Shown here: one piece after another, positions 25,370 to 36,633 of the stretch
Layout of the letters: each line of letters begins with the position of its first letter
How positions within the stretch are numbered: position 1 is the first letter of the stretch
Assembly (NCBI RefSeq): GCF_036971445.1
Contig: NC_091472.1
Location: forward strand, 313,906,001-313,970,000
Direction of reading: 5' to 3'
Length of the DNA: 64,000 bases
From: Narcine bancroftii
Lineage: Eukaryota
Notes under the pieces: generated by a model
What the model was told of the DNA's origin: nothing
Database searches by the model: none
The model's input: the letters and a program-made list of their open reading frames with translations, nothing else
Translations under genes and position numbers: made by a program

Positions 25370-26720
25370 ACAGGGAGGTAGGATCGTAATGAGAGCTTTT
25401 TAGCACATGGGTCTTCATAGAGTTGGGGTGTTATGGTGAAGTTGTTTAAGACACTGGTGAGTCCAAATTTGGAGTATTGTGTACAGTTTTGGTCACTTAC
25501 TTTTAGGAAAGATACCAATAAGAATGAAAGAGGGCATAGGAGATTTACAAGGATGTTGCTGAGACTTGAGGACCTGAGTTACAGAGAGGGGTTCAGGTTA
25601 GGAGTGAAATACGAGAGGCTGCAGATGCTGTGATTGTAGTACACACACCAAAATGCTGGAGGAACTCAGCCGGTTTATTCAGCGGAATCAAAGCTATATC
25701 GCTGACGTTTCGGGCCTGAGCCTTTCCTCAAGGCGAAAGCAGAAAAGGAAGAAGCGGGATATATTAGAAAGTCCCAGAATTCAAACAAAAGGGGAGGAAT
25801 CCAGACCAACAAAAGGTGTTAATTGGATGTGATAAGGGACAAAGTAAGAATTTATCATGTAAGACAAAAGGGGGGGGGGGGTTAACAAAAGCCAGAGAAA
25901 TCAATATTAATATCATCCACATTAGATAGACTGAGACCACCTGTACATTTGGAGGAACAACACCTCATCTTCCGACTGGGAATCCTCCAACTGGATGGCA
26001 TTAATATTGACTTCTTTGGCTTTCATTAAACACCACCCCCCCCCCGACCCTTTTCTTCCCATGTCAACTCTCCTTTCCCTGTCATCTTTTGCACAGACAT
26101 GATCAATTCTACCTTTTCCCTTATCATATCCATTTAACACCCTTTGTTGGTTCCTCCCCCACTGTTTGAATTCTGAGACTTTCTGATGTATCCCGCTTCT
26201 GCCTTGTCTGATTTTGCCTTGAAGAAGGGTCCAGGCCCAAAACGTCAGCGATAGATCTTTTTCTCCGAGACGCTGAATAGACCGGCTGAGTTCCTTCAGC
26301 ATTTCAGTGTAAACAGGTTATGGCTTTATTTCCTGGAGTGTCAGTGATTGAGGGGAGATTTGATAGAGGTATACAAAAGGGAACAGAAAGAGTAAATACA
26401 AGTCGGCTTTTTCCACTGAGGTTGTGTGAGACAAGAACTTGAGGACATGGGTTAAGGATGAAAAGTGAAATATTTAAGGGGAAATTTAGGGGGAATTTCT
26501 TCCCTCAGGGAGTGGTGAGAGCATGCATCGAGCTGGTAGTGAAAGTGGTGGATGTGGGTTTGATTTCAACATTTAAGATAAATTTAGTCAGATACATAAT
26601 GGGAAGGGTATGGAGAGTTATGGTCCAGTTGCAGGTCAGTGGGTCTGGACCGAATAATAGTTTGGCATGGGCTAGATGGGCAGAAGGGCTTATTTCTGTG
26701 CTGTAGTGTTCTATGGTTCT
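25370..26720 (+). mobile_element. CR1 3' fragment carrying an inserted Penelope-like inverted repeat (about 25603-26310)
   Basis: LEYCVQFWS motif. The insert has GIY-YIG-tail-like ttggaggaacaacacctc and mutually inverted arms. Confidence 0.65.
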
Positions 26721-27467
26721 AAAGAGGCCATCGTGCCTCTTCCCCATATCTTAGCCTTCGCTACATAACCCTACAAATTATTTCTCTTCAAGTACACGTC
26801 CGGTTGAAAAATTGTTTCTGAAAATTACTATGGCGTTTGATTCCACTATTCTTCCAAATTCAATAACTACAAGGTGTCTTACATTGGTGTTCTATACCTA
26901 ATTTTCAAGCCTGCACTTTGCTTTCCATTTATTACTGAGTGTGCATTAGGCCAGCTACTGCCGCAAAACAACGAATTTCGTGACCTGTTCAGGACAATTA
27001 ATTCTGATTCTAGTTGAGGTCACCAGCCTGGTGGACTCACAGCAATGATAGCATCAGTCGCAATGTGGCATCCTCTTGTTACAATGCAAAAAGAGGCCAT
27101 TCAGGCCATTGCCTATTTGCCGGCCCCCTGGTAAAGCAATCATCAGTTTCTTTTCCCAATTTATCCTCATAAAAGATTGTCTCTTAAAATCCCTATTTAA
27201 CTCCCCTATGAAAGCCATGCTTAATTCTGTTTCCTGCAAACCTACAGCCAGTTACTTTCAGAGCATAACTCCACACACAGAAAAGAGACTCTCTCCAGAC
27301 CTGTATTTTATATTCGACATTTTCATTTTCAGTTTTTTGGTGAACACGATAAAATTGACTAAAGATTATCGGGGTTGTTCTGAATGAGTCCCATGGAGAC
27401 AGACCAGAAAATGCTTCCAGCATCTCCCGTAACATGGCACCTGACGACTTATTATTCCTCATTCCAG

Positions 27468-27616
27468 ATGAGGTTCGTACCGGTACCTACCGCCAGCTGT
27501 TCCACCCAGAACAGCTCATCACAGGCAAGGAAGACGCTGCCAACAATTATGCCCGTGGGCACTACACCATTGGCAGAGAGATTGTCGATCTAGTTCTGGA
27601 TAGAATACGCAAACTG
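27468..27616 (+). CDS. TUBA: Alpha-tubulin B exon 3 (149 nt)
   Basis: cag|ATGAGGTT...AAACTG|gtgaga, encoding [37 protein letters not shown]. Confidence 0.96.
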
Positions 27617-30289
27617 GTGAGAGTCTTTTTAATGGGACATAGAAGCCAAAATCTTTGCTTCTCAGCCAATTACGTTCAGTAAAAACATGGTAATCTGTCA
27701 TCTCAGGAGGTGCTGGATCAGCAGATTTTCTATTCTCTTGGATGTAAATCATTATACCTCAGCACACGGAGATGTTGGTGAGGGAATGCTGCTCATTCCA
27801 GGCTGCAGGAGTACTTGCTGAGGGACACACCGAGGCTTGGTGCAGCCAACGTGAAGGCCCTATGGGGAAGGACCACAGTCTCGAGCCCTCCCATTACCGG
27901 GGCCGAGGGAAGCCCCTCAATCAACAGCAGGGGGGCGGGGGAGGGGGGGGAGAAATGACAAGGTGCAGCAGGGGTGGTAATGGGGTATTGAGAGAATAAA
28001 TTTTACAATGTACATTGACGAGAATGTATAGATATGACAGACATTATGGGTGTAAAAAGACTGTACGGTTTTCTTTTTTGTCAATTACTTATTTGAATAA
28101 AGTATATTTGGGGGAAAAAAAAGTCACGTAGGTAAAGATACATAACCAATGTTTTGTGCCTGAGCCTTTCATTGAGGTAGGTCTTGATGTAGGGTTCCGG
28201 ACCGCAATGAACACAGTTCTGTTTCTGCCTCTTTGCTGCTCGATCCACATTTGCGATGGTCCAGGTCCCAGCATCTGCAGTCTCTTGTCTGCTGTTCTCG
28301 TACAAACCCCAAAAGTAGAGAAATGAAGAATATTCACGGAGGTGATGGCTATTATGGATGGTTCAGGAATCTCAACCTGGGATTTGGAATTGGGGCTAAA
28401 ATAGAGACTATCAAATGTTTTTATTGCGAAAGGTCGCTCCTGCTGCAGCTGGATAAATTCATTTCCCCTACTTATTTTCCAGAGGCCTCAGGAATAGACA
28501 AATTAAACAAAACAAATTTCTTCAGTGATTATATTAGAATTATGATTATTTGGCACTTTTACCTCAAGGCATTCCAAAACTGTTTATGAAATATTTGTTT
28601 ACGTGTAGTTGTAATTGAAACGATAGTTTGAAGTGAGTTTTTCAGAATTAATTCCATTTTGAAAGTGTAAAAAACTAATTAGATTCCTGATAATTATGGA
28701 AACTCAAATAATCTGCACACAGTCGTACTAATTGCATCCAAGCTCAGACATTTTCTAACAAGCATCATCATTTTAAAGCAATTTTTCCAGTGTGGGGGTG
28801 GGGGGGGCCCATGTTACTAACCCTAGTCCAGTGGTCGCTTCTGCTCAGAATGCTGTGATTGGTAAAAATCACTGAAATGCTGGAGGAACTCAGCAGGTCT
28901 TGCAGAGGTAGAGACATATCACCGGCGTTTCGTGCCTGAGCCCTTCTTCAAGGTGTGAGTAAATAGCAAGCAGGCGCCTGAATTAAAAAAAGGTCAGGTT
29001 GATAGGTGGGGGGTGGGGTAGCCTGCCGGCTTTTTGTGCGTACCTTGACAAAGGGCTGAAATGACCGTTATGTTTCTTTACCTCCTATGGACGCTGCGAG
29101 ACCTGCTGAGTTCCTGCAGCATCTGTTTATTTACTCTGGTTTCAAGTACAGTTCTATATTTACTAGATTTGGCACAAAGGTGCGGTATTGGGAGAGCAAA
29201 ACAAATGCTAGTGAGGCCACATATGATTTCTTATGTGGTCATAAAAGATTCCATGCCACTATTCTAAGAAGACCAGGGGATCTTCCTGTCCCTACTATTC
29301 GGGTATCTCAGTGATGATTGTGGGAATTTGATGTATGCAAATCAGCTGACATTTTCTCTTGGGTGGCACAGCAGTTAGCACAACGTTATTACAGCGCCAG
29401 CGACCCGGGTCCGATTCCCACAATGTCTGTAAGGTGTTTGTATGATCTCCCCATGTCTGTATGGGTTTCCTCCATGTACCTCGGTGTCCTCCCACCCTCT
29501 AAAACGTACTGAGGTCGTTGTTTACTTGGGTGTATTTTGGCAGTACGGGCTCTTGGAATGGAAGGGCCTGTTACCGTGCTGTATGTCTTAATTAAAATTA
29601 CATGACAACCAATGGGGAGTTGGGGGGGGGGGGGGGCAAGAAAAAAATTACATTACAACCTTGTCTAACGTTCAAAAATACTGAATAAACTGTAATAAGT
29701 TTTAGGATGCCCTGGGGTCTAAAAAGCAATGAGAATGTTTTCTTTCCTAAAATAATAAAATATTAGATTTAGGTCTAAATTGTGTTTGGCTTCTGGAATT
29801 CCCATTTCAATTGCACTGTGGGAGTATTTTCACCAAGATTGCAATTGTTCAAAATGGCAATAACACAAGGACTGCATTGGCTGGGCCCTGCATTGAGAAC
29901 ACGGCATTCATTAACAGCTCCACCAGCAGCCATGCCTTCATCTCACCACCCTTTTCACCCTTCCATGAGCAATTGTCTGTGACCTTGACCCCCTGATTTG
30001 CTTTTCTCTCCCCACCCATCTACTCCTGCGACTGCAGAAGATTTAAGGATTTAAGATTTTTTAAGATTTAGACATACAGCCATTTCGGCCCATGACTCTG
30101 TGCCACCCACTTTACACCTCCCCCCCCGGTACATTTCAAAGATGCAAGATATGTCCCTCCGCATCCCCCCTTCATCTCCAACCTCGCAAATAGACTTTCA
30201 GAGTCAGATTTATTGTCAAAGTACCTACATGACATCACAGACAACCCTGAGATTCTTTTTCCTGTGGGGGAGGCAGAATTGCCACTTAG

Positions 30290-30930
30290 GACATAGAACA
30301 CGACAGCGCAGTACAGACCCTTCAGCCCTCAATGTTGTGCCAACCCATATATTCCTTAAAAAAAAGTACTGAACCCTCCCTATCCCATAACCCTCTATTT
30401 TTCTTCCATCCAAGTGTCTCTTAAATTCCCCTACTATTTCAGCATCCCCCACCATCCCTGGCAAGACATTCCAGACACCCACAACTCTCTGTGTAAGAAA
30501 CTAACCCCTGACATCGCCTGTAAATTTCCCTCTCTTCACTTTGTACACACATCCTCTTGCTATTCCTACACTGGGAAACAAGCACTGGCCGTCCACCCTA
30601 TCCATGCCTCTCAAAATCTTATAGATCTCTATTAAGTCTCCTCTCATCCTTCTACGCTCCAAAGAGAAAAGTTCCAGCTCTGCTAACCTTGCCTTATAAG
30701 ACGTTTTCCAATCTAGACAAAATCCTGGTAAATCTCCTCTGCCCCCTCTCCAGAGCTTCCTTCCTGTAATGAAGTGACCAGAACTGAACACAATTCTCTA
30801 AATGTGGTCTCACCAGAGATTTGTAGAGTTGCAACATGACCTCTCTACTCCTAAACTCAATCTCCCTATTAATGAATCCCAGCATCCCATAGACCTTCTT
30901 AACTATCCTATCAACCTGTGTAGCGACCTT
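30290..30930 (-). mobile_element. Older CR1 3' fragment (continues at 38249-38490 beyond the L1 insert)
   Basis: LVRPHLENCVQFWS and RRMRGDLIEIYKI. The upstream part (KCEVIHFG) lies at about 38250-38490. Confidence 0.75.
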
Positions 30931-33273
30931 TTTTAAACTTTATTTATTTGAAGAATCATTAATAGTAATACAAAATACATTCCATAAAGAAAATTTTATG
31001 TATATATTTTGAAAAAAAAAGAAAAAAACAAAAAAAAATCAAGTCCCCACCCCATCAGCCAACTCTCTTAAGGAGAGCTAAAAATATATAAACAGAAACT
31101 AAAAGCATATAATAAATCAAAATATATCTAAATGCATATATTCCAAATATGGTAACCACTTACTAACAAAAAAAGAAATATTGTCATGTAGATTATATGT
31201 AATTCTTTCCATAACTGTACAAACTTTCAATTCATTATGCCATCGCCTTATATTAATCACTATATTATCTTTCCATGTACTTGCTACACATTTTCGAGCT
31301 ACAGACAATGCTAAATATATAAATGCAATTTAAAATTTATCCAACCCTAATCCCTTTAAAGGAATCATATAACCCATTAAAAAAATAGATGGATCTAATG
31401 GTAACTTAAAATTATATAATTTTTCCAAAATTACCTTAATTTCATCCCAGAATGGTTGTACATGCACACAAGACCAAAAAAAGTTCCAGTACACACACAT
31501 CTAAAACAAGAATCCAATTAATAAAACCATATTTTTTCAATTTCTCTGGGGTTAAATACAACTGATGTAGAAAGTTATAATTAACCATTCGTCAATTTAG
31601 TAACACTATCATGACATGTATCTGCCCAATAGTCTTCAGGAAAAACAAAGGCTAAATCATTTTCCTATTTAAGCTTAGACTTCTCCCATTCCAACTTATC
31701 CATATTGTCTTGTAATACTTGGTGCATAACAGAAATATAATCCATTTTTGGTATAGAAGAAATCAAAGATTTGAATTCTGTCAATACAGGTAAAATCATC
31801 TCTCTACCATACATATTTTTCACCAAAGATCAAAATTGATAATAAACAAATAAAGAATTTTCAGCAATATCAAAATGCTCTTTCAAATGATTGAAAGAAA
31901 CTGTCCTTCTACAAAACAATCCTGCAATGTTTTATAATCCAACTCTTATAATCCCAACTCTTTAAATGACTATTAAACATTGAAAAAGAAACAAGCTGAT
32001 TATTATATAATGGAGTTAAAATTTACCTATTGATCCTAAAATCTTAATTTTTTTAATCCATAATTTTAATAAATGTTTTAATATCGGCATATTATATTCC
32101 CTCAGCAAATTTACATTCCATCGAAATATAAATTGATGCACTTCAATTTCAGAAATACAGGCCATCTCAACTTTAGCCCAACTCCGGGACTGGTCCAAAT
32201 CCATCAATCTACTAATAAATTTCAACTGGGCTGCTTCATAATAATTTTGAAAATGAGGTAAATGAAGCCCACCTAGCGCATACTTCCAAGTAAGTTTATT
32301 TAATGCTACCCATGGTAGTTTACCTTTTCATAAAATTCTCTTGTAATTTTATTTAAATCCTGAGAAACTCTTTGAAAGAGAACATGATATTGATTGAAAT
32401 AAATATTGAATACGAGGAAAAATATTCATCTTAATACAACTAACTCAACCAATTAAAATTAACGGAAGATCTTTCCACTTAATTAAATCTGCTTTAATTT
32501 TTTTAAATAATGGAACATAATTTAACGTATAAAGATTGATACTGAGTATTTACAATTATTCCTAAATATTTAATTTTATCAGACCATTTCAGTTTTATAA
32601 TATTTTTATACTCTGAATAGTCTGACTGGTAAAATTTCACTCTTATCCCAGTTAACTTTACATCCAGATAATGTTCCATATTGTAATAAACATTCCCGCA
32701 AATGTGGCAATAATTGTTCTGGGTTAAATATATCAAAACATCATCTGTAAACAAATTAATCTTATACTCTTCATCCATAACTCTCATCCCTCTTATCTGT
32801 TCCTTCTGCCTTATTGTTTGAACTAACGGTTCAATAGCCAATGCAAACAGAGCTGGTGACAAGGGACAACCTTGTCAAGTTGAACGCGTCAAATTAAACG
32901 ATGATGAAAGTTGACCATTTGTCACCATCCGAGCAGTCGGGTTCATATATAAAGCTTTAACCCAACCAATAAAAAAGGGCCAAATTTAAACTTCTCCAAT
33001 ACTTTAAATAAAAAATCCCATTCGACCCTATCAAAGTCTTTTTTCCGCATCAAGCGCAACCACCATTGGGTGGTTGGGCTGCTGTCGATATGCATTGACC
33101 AAACTAATCAATCGAAGAATATTATCTGAAGCATTTCTATTTTTAATAAAACCTGTTTGATCAACATGTATCAGTTTAGATAAATAATTAGCAAGTCGAT
33201 TTGCTAACACCTTTGCAGGTGGGAGTTTTATAATCAACATTCAATAAAGTAATAGGTCTATACGAAGACATTT

Positions 33274-35829
33274 TAGAAACATAGAAACATAGAAGATAGG
33301 AGCAGGAGTAGGTCATTCGACCCTTCGAGCCTGCTCCGACATTCAACGAGATCATGGCTGATCTTAAAGTTCAGTACCCCGTCCCCGCCTTCTCTCCGTA
33401 ACCTTTAATACCCTTATACTGAAGAAATAGATCTAATTCCCTCTTAAATAGATTTAATGAACCTGCCTCTACTGCCCTCTGTGGCAATGAATTCCACAGA
33501 TTCACCACCCTCTGGGTAATGAAATTCCTCCTCATCTCGGTCCTAAATGGTTTGCCTATTATCCTCAAACCATGGCCCCGGGTTCTGGATTTTCCCATCC
33601 TTGGAAACATCCCATCTGCATCCATTCTGTCCAGTCCTGCCAGAATTTTATAGGTCTCTATGAGATCCCCCCTCAATCTTCTAAACTCCAGCGAGTACAA
33701 TCCCAATTTGCACAATCTTTCCTCATAAGTCATTCCTGCCATTCCAGGTATCAGCCTGGTGAATCGCCTCTGCACTCCCTCCATTGCAATAACATCCTTC
33801 CTTAGATAAGGTGACCAAAACTGCACACAATACTCCAGGTGGGGTCTCACCAAGGCCCTGTACAGCTGTAGTAAGGTATCCTTGTTCCTAGACTCAAACC
33901 CTCTTGATATGAAGGCCAACATACCATTTGCCTTTTTAACCGCCTGCTGTACCTGCATGCTTGCCTTCAGAGACTGGTGTACAAGTACCCCTAGGTCTCT
34001 CTGCACTTCCCCATCTCTTAATCTATTGCCATTTAAATAGTAATCTGCCCTCCGGTTTGTATTACCAAAGTGGATAACCTCACATTTATCCACATTGTAG
34101 TGCATTTGCCATGGATCTGCCCAGTCACTCAATTTATCCAAATCACACTGGAGCTTCTTGACCCCCTCTTCCATGCACACAACTCCTCCTAGCTTAGTGT
34201 CATCTGCAAATTTGGAGATATTACATCCAATCCCCTCATCCAGATCATTAATGTAAATTGTGAACAGCTGGGGTCCCAGTACAGATCCCTCTGGCACCCC
34301 ACTGGTCACTGCCTGCCACTCAGAAAATGAGCCATTTATCCCAACTCTCTGTCTTCTACCTGCCAGCCAGTTCTCAATCCACATCAATACTTTGCCCCCA
34401 ATCCCATGAGCCTTGATTTTGGAAGCCAGTCGTTTATGCGGGACCTTATCGAAGGCCTTTTGGAAGTCCAGGTACACCACATCCACTGGCTCTCCCCCAT
34501 CTATTTTACCTGTCACCATCTCAAAGAATTCCAATAGATTTGTCAAGCACGATTTACCTTTTTTAAATCCATGTTGACTCCGTCCAATCCCTTCTCTGCT
34601 AGTCATATGCTCCGCTATTACATCCTTAATAATGGATTCCATCATTTTGGCCACTACTGATGTAAGGCTCACCAGCCTATAATTCCCCGCTTTTTCTCTA
34701 CCCCCCTTTTTAAATAGTGGGGTAACATTAGCTACCCTCCAATCCATGGGCACTGATCCTGAGTCTATCGAGTTCTGGAAAATAATTCTTAAAGCATCTG
34801 CTATCTGAATGGCCACTTCCTTAAGTACCCTAGGATGTAGATTATCAGGCCCTTGGGAATTATCTGCCTTCAATCCCATCAATTTCCCCAAGACCATGTC
34901 CTTAGAGATACTGATTTCTTTCAGTTCCTCCCTTGCATTAGCCTCTATGTTTCCCAACATCCTTGGGAGGTTATTTGTATCCTCTCTTGTAAAAACAGAA
35001 CTAAAGTAAGAATTTAATTGGTCTGCCATTTCCTTATTCCCCATTATATATTCCCTTGATTCCGACTGCAAAGGACCTACTCTGGATTTCACCAATCTTT
35101 TCCTCTTGACATATTTATAAAAGCTTTTTCAGTCAGTTTTTATATTTGCCGCAAGCTTACTTTCGTAATTTATTTTTGCTCTCTTGATGAATCCCTTTGT
35201 CCTCCTTTGGTGCATCTTGAACTGCTCCCAGTCTTCGGTTGTGGAACTTTTTTTGGCCAATTGATATGCTCTCTCTTTGGACCTAACGCTGTCTCTAATT
35301 TCCCTTGTTATCCACGGTTGAGTCACCTTTTTTGGTTTATTTTTATGCCAAACCGGTATAAACGATTTTTGCAATTTCTCCATTAGATCTGTGAATGCTT
35401 TCCATTGTCTATCCACAGTCAACTCCCCCATAAACACCACCCAATCAATCTTACTCAACTCCCGTCTCATACCATCATAATTCCCTTTATTTAAATTCAG
35501 GACCTTAGTCTCGGTTTTAATTTCATCACTCTCCATGTCGAGTGAGAATTCGATCATATTGTGATCGCTCCTACCCAAAGGGCCTCGTACAACAAGATTA
35601 TTGATTAGCCCCTTATCATTGCATAATACCCAATCTAAAATGGCCTGCTCCCGAGTTGGTTCCTCGACACATTGAACTAGATAACCGTCCCGTAAACATT
35701 CAAGGAATTCCTCCTCCTCAGTATTTTTACTAACTTGGCTCGTCCAATTTATATGCAAATGAAAGTCTCCCATGATCACAGCTGTTCCCTCATTGCACGC
35801 TTTTCTAATTTCTCTTTTAATGCTTTCTC
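33274..35829 (-). mobile_element. Young 5'-truncated CR1 LINE; ORF2 nearly intact (574-aa RT ORF 33371-35095)
   Basis: YLDFQKAFDKVPH, GVPEGSVLGP and KFADDTK motifs, with (TTCTATGT)n-type 3' repeats. One in-frame stop at 35129-31 separates it from the endonuclease-linker ORF. Confidence 0.93.
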
Positions 35830-35917
35830 TTTCAACGGGTGTCTATATTTTTTCGGGATTACAGTAATTAAAGCACTAGAGCAAGATTCTGGTAACTCGT
35901 GCTGTTCACTCACTTGT

Positions 35918-36633
35918 AATAGCGCCTTTGGAAGACTACACAAAAGAGTCTGGAAAAACAACCAACTGAAAAACCTCACAAAGATAAGTGTATACAGAGC
36001 CGTTGTCATACCCACACTCCTGTTCGGCTCTGAATCATGGGTCCTCTACCGGCACCACCTACGGCTCCTAGAACGCTTCCACCAGCGTTGTCTCCGCTCC
36101 ATCCTCAACATCCATTGGAGCGCTTTCATCCCTAACGTCGAAGTACTCGAGATGGCAGAGGTCGACAGCATCGAGTCCACGCTGCTGAAGATCCAGCTGC
36201 GCTGGATGGGTCACGTCTCCAGAATGGAGGACCATCGCCTTCCCAAGATCGTGTTATATGGCGAGCTCTCCACTGGCCACCGTGACAGAGGTGCACCAAA
36301 GAAAAGGTACAAGGACTGCCTAAAGAAATCTCTTGGTGCCTGCCACATTGACCACCGCCAGTGGGCTGATAACGCCTCAAACCGTGCATCTTGGCGCCTC
36401 ACAGTTTGGCGGGCAGCAACCTCCTTTGAAGAAGACCGCAGAGCCCACCTCACTGACAAAAGACAAAGGAGGAAAAACCCAACCCCAACCAACCAATTTT
36501 CCCCTGCAACCGCTGCAACCGTGTCTGCCTGTCCCGCATCGGACTTGTCAGCCACAAACGAGCCTGCAGCTGACGTGGACTTTTTACCCCCTCCATAAAT
36601 CTTCGTCTGCGAAGCCAAGCCAAAGAAGAAAGA
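35918..36633 (+). mobile_element. RTE-clade LINE 3' fragment
   Basis: VYRAVVIPTLLFGSESW...QLRWMGHVSRMEDHRLPKIVLYGEL followed by a (GAA/GAAA)n tail. Confidence 0.88.

Noticed and set aside
35735-36598. 287-aa ORF as a novel gene
   Set aside because: It is a chimera of antisense CR1/L1 sequence and the RTE C-terminus.
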